Of a stretch of DNA of 64,000 nt, positions 34,119-42,791 are shown piece after piece. Origin of the DNA: Vicinamibacteraceae bacterium (lineage in GTDB: Bacteria > Acidobacteriota > Vicinamibacteria > Vicinamibacterales > JAFNAJ01). The first letter of the stretch is position 1; every line of letters starts with the position of its first letter. The stretch covers positions 44,203-108,202 of the forward strand of contig JBDIBB010000001.1 of assembly GCA_039812685.1 (NCBI GenBank). The letters are read 5' to 3'. A program made the translations under genes and the position numbers. A model generated the notes under the pieces. That model was not told where the DNA came from and ran no database searches. It saw only the letters and a list, made by a program, of their open reading frames with translations.

Positions 34119-36812
34119 CTACCGGAACTCGATCCACACGCCGAGCCGGCGCAGGTCCTGCGACGCCGGATCCACGTCGGCCGGCCTGAACGCCTCGGCG
34201 GTGCGCACCTCGAGCACCCGCTCGCGCGCGCCAGCGGACCACGGCCACTCGACCGACGCCTCCTGCCCCGGCAGCAGCGACAACTGCTCGCGCCAGCCGC
34301 CAGAGGCCAGCTCCACCACGTTGGGCCGCGGCCCGTTCCGGAGGAAGATCGCCACGCCCGAGGCGCCGGCCCGGCGCGGCCTCACCACCACCGGTACGGC
34401 TCCCGCCTTGAACCAGATGCCGTCGCGCTCGGCGTACTGCCCGTCGGTCGTGAAGAACACGTCGGCCCCGGAGTAGCGTCGCGCGAGGATCGCCGCATCG
34501 CGCAGCGGTTGCTCGGCTGGCGGCCTCAGCCGCAGCGGCGTCACAGTGGCGCCGGTCGCCGTCGAATCCTCACCGGCGGCAACCGTCACCGCCTCGACGC
34601 CAACGGGCCAGGCGACGTCGAAGAAGCGCCTCCGATCGCGTTCACCGGCCAGCCCTGGCAGATCATGGTCGGCGAGCACGCCGCCGCGACCCACCTCGAG
34701 CCGTACGCGGCCCGACGCGGGTTCGGTGCTGCTCACCTTCACGCGATAGTCGCCAGCCGGCAGCCCGGCGATCGCCGTCAGTGGGGCTCCCGGGTCGTGT
34801 CCGCGCGACATCGTCCGCAGTTCGAGCAGCGGGAGCAACTGCGCAACAGGTGCCGGCCCGGCCCGGCGGCGTCGCCCGTCGACCTCGAATCGCTGGAACG
34901 ATACGCCCACGCCATCCAGCCATGCCGCGTCGAGCAGGGCGCGGCGCGACGCATCGGGCCTCAGCGCGTCGACGCCGCGGATCGCCCACGTCGCATCCAT
35001 GGCGAGGCTGGCCGCCAGCACCGCGAGCGGAACCGCGCACGCCGCGACGGCCGCCACGCTGCGCGCCAGCGCGCGGAGCGCCAGCCACCAGCCTGCCAGC
35101 GCCAGCCCCCACAATGCCGCCTGGCCGGTCGCGACGAGCGGGCCATCGCGCAGCACGCTGGGCAGCGCCATCGACAGATCGACGGCGCGCGTCGCCCACT
35201 CCTGGAACGGACCGTAGGAGGCTCGCGTCGTGAAGGTGAGCAGCCCCAGCCCACCGTGGCTCATCGCGACGGTGAACACCGCCGACAGCACCAGCAGCCC
35301 GAGCCACACCCCGCGGTCGGCCGCGCGCCGCCCGTCCCCCCAGGCCACGGCGGCCGGCAGCGCCGCAAGCCACAGCACCGGCACGAGGAAGCGTGCGGGC
35401 GCGCTCGTCCCGCCCCACCACATGTGGTACGAGGCCGTGATCAGGACATACGGGACGGCCGTCATCGCCAGCATGGCTGCGAGCGCGCGCGGGGGTGGAA
35501 CTTCGTTCGACGGTGGCACGTCGCCGGGGCGCCTGGGCGCGAAGACAAGGATGAGCGTCCCGACGATGGCCACGATCAGGGCAGGCGCGGTCGAGAAGGC
35601 GCCGAACTGCTGGTCGAAGAGCAGGCCCGGGACGCCGCGCAGGATGTTCTGCCAGGACGTCTGCGTGTAGCCGCCGTACGGCGCCGACGGGTCGAAGGTG
35701 CCATAGATGACGCGGAAGAATGCGAACCACGCGGCGGCCGACACCGCGGGCGCGACGAGGAACGCGCCCAGCCTGGCGGCGAGAGCGCTGCGCGGCGCAC
35801 ACCGCCACGTGCGCGCGAGGATGGCCAGGGCGAGCCCCGCGGCGATGAGCACGTTGCGCGTGTGGAGCCACGGCAGCAGAGCGAGTGCGACACCGCCGGC
35901 CACCAGCGGCCATCGCGCCGGCCGCGCCGCACGCACGAAGGCGAACACCCCGACGAGCGCCAGCACGCCAGAGACGCCGTCCGGATAGATCGTGTGGGCG
36001 TGGGCGACGATCGGAATCGCCGTGACGAGCACGGCCCAGCCGAACCAGGCCGCGCCCGCCTCCCTGGTGGTTTCCCAGGCGAGGCGCCAGGCGAGCGCCG
36101 TACCGAGGGCGCAGGTGACGAGCAGGAAGAGCACCGCCCCGCGGTAACCGCCCAGGAGAAACGCGGGGGCCACCAGCGCCGACACACCGGGGGCGTGAAT
36201 CGAGTAAATCTGCCGGTCCGTGCCCCGGCGCAGGTAGTCCGGTCGCAACTCGCCCGGGAAATAGGCGAGGTAATCGAGTTGCTGGTGGTTGTTCTCGATG
36301 CGCAGGTCGCCGTCGGCGAGCAGGCTCTGGGTGATGATCAGATAGTGCGGCTCGTCACCACCGGGCAGCCATGCCGCCGATCCGCCCCACGCGAATCCGA
36401 AGGTCGCCGCTGCCAGCGCCGCCGCCAGCCAGGGAGCGCGCGAGGGCGCCCCCACCCAGCCGCGCCAGCGCGAAGGAAACGGCAGTGGCCCGGAGGCGAC
36501 CACCGCCATCAGAATGCCAGCCCAGACCATTGCCGCCAGCAGGCCCTGCCAGGCAAGCCATGAGGCCGGGACAGCGCCAGGTACCCACGGCAGCCCGCAC
36601 AGCAGGCCGCCGGGCAGCGGCCACGCGCGGACGCGCCATCCGAAGACCAGCGCCAGGAAGAAGGCGGTGAGCAGGCCGAGCACCCACCACGGCGGAAGGA
36701 CACCGATGCGCGACGATGCGATGACGCCCGGGGCAATTGCCGTCGCCCCGAGCGCCAGCCACGCCCCGATGGCACCGCCGATCGCGGCCGCGGCCCGCAC
36801 GGTCAGACGCAT
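34119..36812 (-). CDS. Large uncharacterised polytopic membrane protein with GT-C-like loop motif and a beta-rich C-terminal domain
   Basis: 897 aa. More than 12 hydrophobic helices in the first roughly 560 aa. The first large loop carries GGDEPHYLIITQSLLADGDLRIENNH...IHAPGVSALVAPAF, a DE-x-HY motif reminiscent of the catalytic loop of PMT/ArnT-type GT-C enzymes. The C-terminal roughly 330 aa are soluble and beta-rich. Confidence 0.75.
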   Translation of the reverse strand: MRLTVRAAAAIGGAIGAWLALGATAIAPGVIASSRIGVLPPWWVLGLLTAFFLALVFGWRVRAWPLPGGLLCGLPWVPGAVPASWLAWQGLLAAMVWAGILMAVVASGPLPFPSRWRGWVGAPSRAPWLAAALAAATFGFAWGGSAAWLPGGDEPHYLIITQSLLADGDLRIENNHQQLDYLAYFPGELRPDYLRRGTDRQIYSIHAPGVSALVAPAFLLGGYRGAVLFLLVTCALGTALAWRLAWETTREAGAAWFGWAVLVTAIPIVAHAHTIYPDGVSGVLALVGVFAFVRAARPARWPLVAGGVALALLPWLHTRNVLIAAGLALAILARTWRCAPRSALAARLGAFLVAPAVSAAAWFAFFRVIYGTFDPSAPYGGYTQTSWQNILRGVPGLLFDQQFGAFSTAPALIVAIVGTLILVFAPRRPGDVPPSNEVPPPRALAAMLAMTAVPYVLITASYHMWWGGTSAPARFLVPVLWLAALPAAVAWGDGRRAADRGVWLGLLVLSAVFTVAMSHGGLGLLTFTTRASYGPFQEWATRAVDLSMALPSVLRDGPLVATGQAALWGLALAGWWLALRALARSVAAVAACAVPLAVLAASLAMDATWAIRGVDALRPDASRRALLDAAWLDGVGVSFQRFEVDGRRRRAGPAPVAQLLPLLELRTMSRGHDPGAPLTAIAGLPAGDYRVKVSSTEPASGRVRLEVGRGGVLADHDLPGLAGERDRRRFFDVAWPVGVEAVTVAAGEDSTATGATVTPLRLRPPAEQPLRDAAILARRYSGADVFFTTDGQYAERDGIWFKAGAVPVVVRPRRAGASGVAIFLRNGPRPNVVELASGGWREQLSLLPGQEASVEWPWSAGARERVLEVRTAEAFRPADVDPASQDLRRLGVWIEFR

Positions 36813-36821
36813 CGGCGGCGT

Positions 36822-38504
36822 ATGCTACCATGCGCGCCGATGTCCCGCCCGGTTCACGCCGCGATGCTGCTGATCGCCGCGGCCGGACTGGCCGTGGTCC
36901 TCACGTGGCCGCTCGCGCCGGGCCTTGCGACGCGCGCGCGTGTGAACACGGGCGACGGGCTCTTCAGCCTGTGGGTCACCAACTGGGTGGCCCGGACCCT
37001 GGTAGCCCAGCCGTCGGATCTCTTCGACGCCAACATCTTCTATCCGCATCGCAACACCCTCGCCTATTCGGAGGCGAACATCGTCGCGGGCGCGCTGGGC
37101 GCGCCGGTCTACATGGCGACGAAGCAACCGGTGCTGACCCACAACACCGTGGTGCTGCTGGCCTTCGTCTTGTCGATGCTGACCGCTCACGCGCTGGTGC
37201 GGTACCTCAGTGGATCACGCGCCGCGGGCTGGGCCGCGGGGGTGGCCTTCGCCTACTGCCCGTTCATCTTCGCGCGGACGGCGCACATCCAGTTGCTGAT
37301 GTCATGGGGCCTGCCGCTGTCGCTGCTCGCGTTCCATCGCCTGATCGATCGGCCTGGTCCGTGGCGCGGCGCGGTGCTGGGCCTTTCGCTGGCCGTCACG
37401 GCCCTGGCCTGCGCCTATTACGGCGTGTTCGCGGCCCTGATCGTGGGGTTCGGGACGATCTACTTCGCCGCGGCGCGCGGCCTGTGGCGCTCGCCGCGAT
37501 ACGTGATCGGCATCGCGACGGGCGCGGTGGTCTCGATGGGGGCCGTCCTGCCGTTGTTCCTGCCCTTCCGCGCCGTGCAGCGCGAACTCGGTTTCACGCG
37601 CACGATCGAGGACGCGGCGATGTACTCCGCCAACTGGCAGGCCTGGCTCACATCCGCGGCGTGGGCGCACCGCTGGTGGCTGCCCTGGCTCGAAGGATCG
37701 AGCGAGGTGCTGTTCCCGGGCGCAATCGCCACGGTACTGGGCCTGGCGGGACTCGCCCTCGCCTGGCGTGTCAGCGCGTACCCCGGTGAGGCCTCCGCGC
37801 CCGACGGGACCGGTCGCCGGCAGGTCGCAGGCTTCTACACGCTGGTGGGCCTCATCGCCTTCTGGGCGTCGTTCGGGCCCGCCGCCGGGCTCTACACGGC
37901 GCTGTTCCACGCCATCCCGGTTTTCTCGTTCCTGCGGGCGCCGGCGCGCTTCGGCCTGGTCATCGTCACCGTGCTGGTCGTGGGCATGGGCTTCACGGTG
38001 CGGTGGATCGCGGGCCGCTGGCCGCGGGCGAGCCGGTGGGTCGGCATCGCGCTGCCTCTTGCTCTGGCCGCCGAACTGGCCTCGGTGCCGCTGGCGCTGC
38101 CCACCGTGGCGCCCCCCAACGTCGCGTACCGCATGCTCGCCACGCTGCGCCCCGGCCCGGTCGTCGAACTGCCCTTCTTCTACCAGCGATCGGACTTCCC
38201 CCGGCACGCGCTGTACATGTTCAACTCCACCTACCATTGGCAGCCGCTCATCAACGGCTACAGCGATCACATCCCGCAGGACTTCCGCGACATGGTGATC
38301 CCGCTGTCCTCGTTCCCCACCCGGGAGAGCTTCTGGCTTCTCGAGGCCCGCCGTACGCGCTACGCCATCTTCCACCTGAACCTCTACGACCGGCGCAGCC
38401 GCGAGAAGCTGATGGAACGTCTGCAGCAATACGAGGCCTTCCTGACGCCGCTCAGCCGCGAAGACGACGTGTGGCTGTTCGAGATCAGCGCCTGGCCGCG
38501 TTAG
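36822..38504 (+). CDS. Uncharacterised polytopic membrane protein (paralogue A)
   Basis: 560 aa. LTWPLAPG...DGLFSLWVTNWV...LFDANIFYPHRNTLAYSE... followed by many TM helices. The C-terminal soluble part reads ELPFFYQRS...STYHWQPLINGYSDHIP. The start may instead be the ATG at 36840. Confidence 0.75.
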   Translation: MLPCAPMSRPVHAAMLLIAAAGLAVVLTWPLAPGLATRARVNTGDGLFSLWVTNWVARTLVAQPSDLFDANIFYPHRNTLAYSEANIVAGALGAPVYMATKQPVLTHNTVVLLAFVLSMLTAHALVRYLSGSRAAGWAAGVAFAYCPFIFARTAHIQLLMSWGLPLSLLAFHRLIDRPGPWRGAVLGLSLAVTALACAYYGVFAALIVGFGTIYFAAARGLWRSPRYVIGIATGAVVSMGAVLPLFLPFRAVQRELGFTRTIEDAAMYSANWQAWLTSAAWAHRWWLPWLEGSSEVLFPGAIATVLGLAGLALAWRVSAYPGEASAPDGTGRRQVAGFYTLVGLIAFWASFGPAAGLYTALFHAIPVFSFLRAPARFGLVIVTVLVVGMGFTVRWIAGRWPRASRWVGIALPLALAAELASVPLALPTVAPPNVAYRMLATLRPGPVVELPFFYQRSDFPRHALYMFNSTYHWQPLINGYSDHIPQDFRDMVIPLSSFPTRESFWLLEARRTRYAIFHLNLYDRRSREKLMERLQQYEAFLTPLSREDDVWLFEISAWPR

Positions 38505-40075
38505 CGCTGTTCGTCGCGCTGACGGCAGCCCACACGTGGCCGCTGGCGAGCGCGCCGGGCACGCTCTCGCGCAACGACAACGCCGACGCGCAACTCAACG
38601 CCTGGATCCTGGCGTGGGTGCCGCACGCCGTCGTCACCGATCCGCTGCACCTGTTCGACGCCAACATCTTCCACCCCGACCGCCACGTGCTGGCCTACTC
38701 CGAGCACCTCTTCGTGCCCGCCATGATGGGCGCGCCGCTCACCTGGGCGGGCGCCTCGCCCGTGCTCGTCCACAACCTGGTGCTGCTCGCCGGGCTCGCG
38801 CTCACCGGCTGGGCCACGTGGTGGATGCTCTGGCGCTGGACGGGCGACTGGTGGGCCGCCGCGATCGGCGGCTGTCTCGCAGCCTTCAACGCCCACACCC
38901 TCACGCGGATGGGACACGTCCAGGCGATGCACGTCGAGTTCCTGCCGCTCGCGCTGCTGGCCTTCGATCGGCTCGTCACCGCACCGGCGCCACGCCGCGG
39001 GATCGCCCTCGCGTGGTGGTTCACGCTGCAGTCGCTCTGCTCGCTCTACCTGATGGTGATGGCCGTGTTCGCGCTGGTGGCGGCTGCGCTGGCGCGGGCC
39101 GGCGAATGGGCCCGGCGCGATCGGGCGCGCGGGTTCCTGGCGTCGACACTGCTCGCGGCAACGCTGGCCGCAGCCCTTTGCCTGCCCTTCCTGTGGCCTT
39201 ACGCGCAGGTGCACCGTGAGACGGGCCTGTCACGGCCGCTCGAGGAGGTGGCGCTCTACTCCGCCGACTGGCGCGACTACCTCACATCGGCTGGCAGGCT
39301 GCATTACGCGGCGTGGAGCCACCACTTCTTCCGCGCTGCCGATGCGCTCTTCCCCGGCATCACGGCGATGCTGCTGGCCGGCGTGGCTTTCTGCCGCGGC
39401 GTCGCCTGGCGCGATCCCAGGGCACGAATGCTCGCGGCGGCCGGCGTCCTGGGCGTCGTCCTCTCCTTCGGGGCGCGGCTGCCGGGCTACGGCTGGCTGC
39501 ACGCGGCGTTTCCGCTGCTCCAGGGAACGCGCGCCACCTCCCGGTTCGGTTATCTCGGGCTGTTTGCCATCGCGGGACTGGCCGCCTATGGTCTGGCCGT
39601 CATACGCCGCGATCTGGCGTCCTCCCGCAGACGGACACTGGTTGCCGCCGTGGCACTCGTGCTGGTCACGGTCGAAGCGGCACGCGCGCCGATGGGGTAT
39701 ACGCCATTCGGTGGCATCGAGGCCATCTACACGAGGCTCGCCGGCCTGCCTGGCGCGGTGATCGCGGAATTCCCGTTCTACTCGCCGCACCGGATCGCCC
39801 GAAACGCTCCATACGTGCTCGCGTCGACCCTGCACTGGCGCCCGCTGGTCAACGGGTACAGCGGCGTGGTCCCGCCGAGCTACGTCGCGCACAACGAGCA
39901 GTTCCGGACCTTTCCGTCCGACGAGGCCGTCCAGGCCTTGCGCGATGCCGGCGTCACTCATGTGGTCGTGCACGTGGAGGACGACAGGCCGGACATCGCA
40001 GCCGAGATCGCGCGCCGCGGCGACCTGGACGTGTTCGCCAGCGCCGGCGGGATCGTGATCTACCGGCTGCGCTGA
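38471..40075 (+). CDS. Uncharacterised polytopic membrane protein (paralogue B)
   Basis: GTG at 38471, in frame with track ORF 38003..40075, gives VAVRDQRLAALALFVALTAAHTWPLASAPG, co-linear with the paralogue A N-terminus. Shared motifs: LFDANIFHPDRHVLAYSE and EFPFYSP...STLHWRPLVNGYSGVVP. It overlaps paralogue A by 34 nt. Confidence 0.7.
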   Translation: MAVRDQRLAALALFVALTAAHTWPLASAPGTLSRNDNADAQLNAWILAWVPHAVVTDPLHLFDANIFHPDRHVLAYSEHLFVPAMMGAPLTWAGASPVLVHNLVLLAGLALTGWATWWMLWRWTGDWWAAAIGGCLAAFNAHTLTRMGHVQAMHVEFLPLALLAFDRLVTAPAPRRGIALAWWFTLQSLCSLYLMVMAVFALVAAALARAGEWARRDRARGFLASTLLAATLAAALCLPFLWPYAQVHRETGLSRPLEEVALYSADWRDYLTSAGRLHYAAWSHHFFRAADALFPGITAMLLAGVAFCRGVAWRDPRARMLAAAGVLGVVLSFGARLPGYGWLHAAFPLLQGTRATSRFGYLGLFAIAGLAAYGLAVIRRDLASSRRRTLVAAVALVLVTVEAARAPMGYTPFGGIEAIYTRLAGLPGAVIAEFPFYSPHRIARNAPYVLASTLHWRPLVNGYSGVVPPSYVAHNEQFRTFPSDEAVQALRDAGVTHVVVHVEDDRPDIAAEIARRGDLDVFASAGGIVIYRLR

Positions 40076-40076
40076 G

Positions 40077-40098
40077 GGCCGCGCCGGCTGGCGCGGTT
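40077..40098 (+). terminator. Candidate intrinsic terminator hairpin
   Basis: CCGCGCC (40079-85), loop GGCT, GGCGCGG (40090-96), with flanking G.U pairs, followed by TT. It begins 2 nt after the stop at 40075, in a convergent gap. Confidence 0.4.
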
Positions 40099-40136
40099 CG
40101 CGCGGCGATCCGCCGATCGGATCGATCGAGCGGCGT

Positions 40137-40823
40137 TCATCGCCGCCGTACCGGCGCTCGCGGCGCCGGCGCCGGGCGGTACTCCACCATCACGTTGCTC
40201 ACGACGGCAATCGGACGGCCCGATGACGTGGCGACTTCCTCCCCGGTGAGCCTGCGCGTCACCAGGCGCTCGCCAAGCAGGCTCACCTCGGTGACGTCCT
40301 GCGGGATCTCGATCGCAATCGACTCGGTTCCCGTCGGCGCCACCGCCTTCACCCCGCCGGGCCCGGCCCCGCCGTCGACACGATCGACGAGATCGGCGGC
40401 CGTGCGGAACGACGAGTAGACGACGGCGCGCGACAGCAGGTCGTTCTTCATCGTCAGCACCCCGATCGTCGCCGTGTACTCGGCGTACGCCTCGCCGGCG
40501 CGCATCTGCTCCTCGGAGTAGGTGTGACGGTTGTGAAGATCGAAGGTCAGCGTCGCCGTGCCCCTGTGGGCCGGGATGGCCACGCGAACGCCCTCCGCGG
40601 GATCCCGTCCGATGAGCACGTCGCAGAACACCCGGCGCGTGGACACGCCGGTGCCCAGCGTGGCGGGGCACGTCACCTTCGCGGGCTCGCGCCTGGGAGT
40701 CGCGGGCTTCGCCGCCGGTTTCGGCGCAGGGCGCGCCGGGGCGGCTCGCCTCGACGCCTGGGCCTCGACGGCGGGCGGAGCCACGGCCAGCAGCAACAGC
40801 AGCAAGACGGACACGCGACGCAT
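40137..40823 (-). CDS. Secreted hypothetical protein
   Basis: ATG at 40823 gives the signal peptide MRRVSVLLLLLLAVAPPAVEAQA, then a Pro/Ala/Lys-rich spacer and a roughly 170-aa domain (VTCPATLGTGVSTRRVFCDVLIG...TLTFDLHNRHTYSEEQ...). I recognise no family. Confidence 0.6.
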   Translation of the reverse strand: MRRVSVLLLLLLAVAPPAVEAQASRRAAPARPAPKPAAKPATPRREPAKVTCPATLGTGVSTRRVFCDVLIGRDPAEGVRVAIPAHRGTATLTFDLHNRHTYSEEQMRAGEAYAEYTATIGVLTMKNDLLSRAVVYSSFRTAADLVDRVDGGAGPGGVKAVAPTGTESIAIEIPQDVTEVSLLGERLVTRRLTGEEVATSSGRPIAVVSNVMVEYRPAPAPRAPVRRR

Positions 40824-40911
40824 CCGCCGGATTATCCCATGATCGCCGTCATACGCCGGACGCTGGCCGGGATCTACCGTAGCCTCGACACCTCTCATCC
40901 AGGGCCGCCGC

Positions 40912-42177
40912 ATGAGCGAACTGATCAACAACCGTCAGCACCGCATCGACGATCTCAAGCAGATCATCCTTCACCTCCACCGCGGCGAGTCGCCCGATGC
41001 CGTGCGCGAGCGACTGGCGTCGATCGTCAGGGAGACCGACGCCACCGAGGTCGCCGCCATGGAGCAGCAGTTGATGGCCGACGGCATGTCGGTGGACGAG
41101 GTGCGCTCGATGTGCGACCTCCACTCCCAGGTGCTGCGCGACGTCGTCAAGCCGATTCAGATCAGGATGCCGGTGCCGCCGGGACATCCGGTGGACACCT
41201 TCCGCCGGGAGAACGCGGCCATCCGCGAGGCGGTGGCCGCGGCGCGAGCCGCATTCTCCGTCGTCGCAGGTGCCGCCTCGGCGGCCGATCTCCAGCCGGA
41301 GGCGCTCGAGGCATGCCGCGCCAGCGCCAATGCGCTCTTCGACATCGATCGGCACTACCGCCGCAAGGAAGACCTCGTCTTCCCCTTCCTGGAGAAGCAT
41401 GGCATCGTCGGCCCCTCGAAGGTGATGTGGGCCAAGGACGACGAGGCGCGTGAGTTGATCTCGGCGCTCGGCGAGGCGCTGAGGGAGATCGACGCCGGGC
41501 TCGACGAGTGGAAACTCGTGCTGGCCACCGTCGGTGAGCAGGCGCTGTCGGCCGTCGAGGAGATGGTGTCAAAGGAAGAGATGATCCTGATCCCGATGGC
41601 GCTGGACACGCTGACGCGGGAGGAATGGGGTGTCGTGTGGACCGAGTCACCGCGCATCGGCTGGTGCCTCGTCGAGCCGCGGACCGGCTACACCCCTCCC
41701 GAGGGCAGCGCGCCGGCCAACCCGCTCCAGGTACCGGGGCAGCGGGCGCTCATCCTGCCCACCGGCCACCTGACCATCGAGCAGTTGCAGGCGCTCTTCC
41801 AGATGCTGCCGCTCGACCTGACGTTCGTCGATCACGAGGACCGCGTGGCGTTCTTCTCCGAGGGACCCCACCGCGTGTTCGCGCGCAGCAAGGCGATCAT
41901 CGGACGCAAGGTACAGCATTGCCACCCGCCGCGCAGCGTCGACATCGTCGATCGCATCCTCGGCGACTTCAGGTCCGGCGCACAGGACACCGCGGAGTTC
42001 TGGATCGACTTCCGGGGCCGCTTCGTGCACGTCCGCTACTTCGCGGTCCGCGACGCGGCGCGCACCTACCTCGGGTGCCTCGAGGTGACGCAGGACGTCA
42101 CCGCGATCCGGGCACTGCAGGGCGAGCGCCGCCTGTTACAGTACGACACGCCGCAGCCTGGGGAAGCACGCGCATGA
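40912..42177 (+). CDS. DUF438 / hemerythrin-like / PAS (PAS_10-type) three-domain protein
   Basis: DUF438 N-terminus: IDDLKQIILHLHRGESPDAVRERLASIVRETDATEVAAMEQQLMADGMSVDEV. Hemerythrin-like region: GHPVDTFRRENAAIRE...DRHYRRKEDLVFPFLEKHG...MWAKDDE. PAS-like C-terminus: LDLTFVDHEDRVAFFSEG..RVFARSKAIIGRKVQHCHPPRSV...VHVRYFAVRD....YLGCLEVTQDVT. Confidence 0.8.
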   Translation: MSELINNRQHRIDDLKQIILHLHRGESPDAVRERLASIVRETDATEVAAMEQQLMADGMSVDEVRSMCDLHSQVLRDVVKPIQIRMPVPPGHPVDTFRRENAAIREAVAAARAAFSVVAGAASAADLQPEALEACRASANALFDIDRHYRRKEDLVFPFLEKHGIVGPSKVMWAKDDEARELISALGEALREIDAGLDEWKLVLATVGEQALSAVEEMVSKEEMILIPMALDTLTREEWGVVWTESPRIGWCLVEPRTGYTPPEGSAPANPLQVPGQRALILPTGHLTIEQLQALFQMLPLDLTFVDHEDRVAFFSEGPHRVFARSKAIIGRKVQHCHPPRSVDIVDRILGDFRSGAQDTAEFWIDFRGRFVHVRYFAVRDAARTYLGCLEVTQDVTAIRALQGERRLLQYDTPQPGEARA

Positions 42178-42755
42178 ACAGGCCCACCAGGCCCGCGATC
42201 ACGCCCGAGACGAAGGTGGGCGACCTGCTGGCGGCGTATCCCGAACTGGAGCCCGTCCTGATCGCACAGGCTCCTGCCTTCGCGAACCTGAGGAACCCCA
42301 TCCTCCGGAAGACCGTGGCGCGAGTGGCGACGCTCGCCGCGGCCGCGCGAGTGGGCGGGCTGGAGCCGCGCTCGCTCGTGCGGGCGCTGCGCACGGCGGC
42401 CGGACAGGATGCCGGCGAGGCCGCCCCCGGGCAGGGTGAGACCGGTGAGGCCCTGCGGAGACCGGACTGGTATCACGAGGATCTGGTGGTGGAACGGGTG
42501 GAGGCGGACCTGGTGCTGGCACGCGGCGATCATCCGCTCGGCGTTATCAGCCAGGCCACGAGGCGACTGACCGGGCCGCACATCCTCGCCATCGACAGCA
42601 CCTTCCTGCCGGCGCCGCTGATCGATGCCCTGCGGCAGCAAGGCTTTGAAGTGCAGTCGTTCCAGGCCGGGCCAGCAGCGTACCGCACCTGCGTTCGGCG
42701 CGGACTCGCCCTGGGAGGAGATCGCAGCCTCGCCCCGCCCGGATGCGGCCGCTGA
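42174..42755 (+). CDS. DUF1858 domain protein with C-terminal DUF2249/TusA-like domain
   Basis: ATGA overlap with the DUF438 gene. ITPETKVGDLLAAYPELEPVLIAQAPAFANLRNPILRKTVARVATLAAAARVGGLEPRSLVRAL is the DUF1858 signature. C-terminus: LDARGDHP-type segment VEADLVLARGDHPLGVI...ILAIDSTFLPAPLIDAL. Confidence 0.7.
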   Translation: MNRPTRPAITPETKVGDLLAAYPELEPVLIAQAPAFANLRNPILRKTVARVATLAAAARVGGLEPRSLVRALRTAAGQDAGEAAPGQGETGEALRRPDWYHEDLVVERVEADLVLARGDHPLGVISQATRRLTGPHILAIDSTFLPAPLIDALRQQGFEVQSFQAGPAAYRTCVRRGLALGGDRSLAPPGCGR

Positions 42756-42791
42756 CGCCGGGGTTCGCGGTCTGCCCGGGGATCGCGGGCG

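Noticed and set aside
38003-38470. 156-aa N-terminal extension of paralogue B suggested by the track ORF 38003..40075.
   Set aside because: The extension is Arg/Pro-rich and lies entirely inside the well-supported C-terminus of paralogue A in another frame. GTG 38471 reproduces the paralogous N-terminus.
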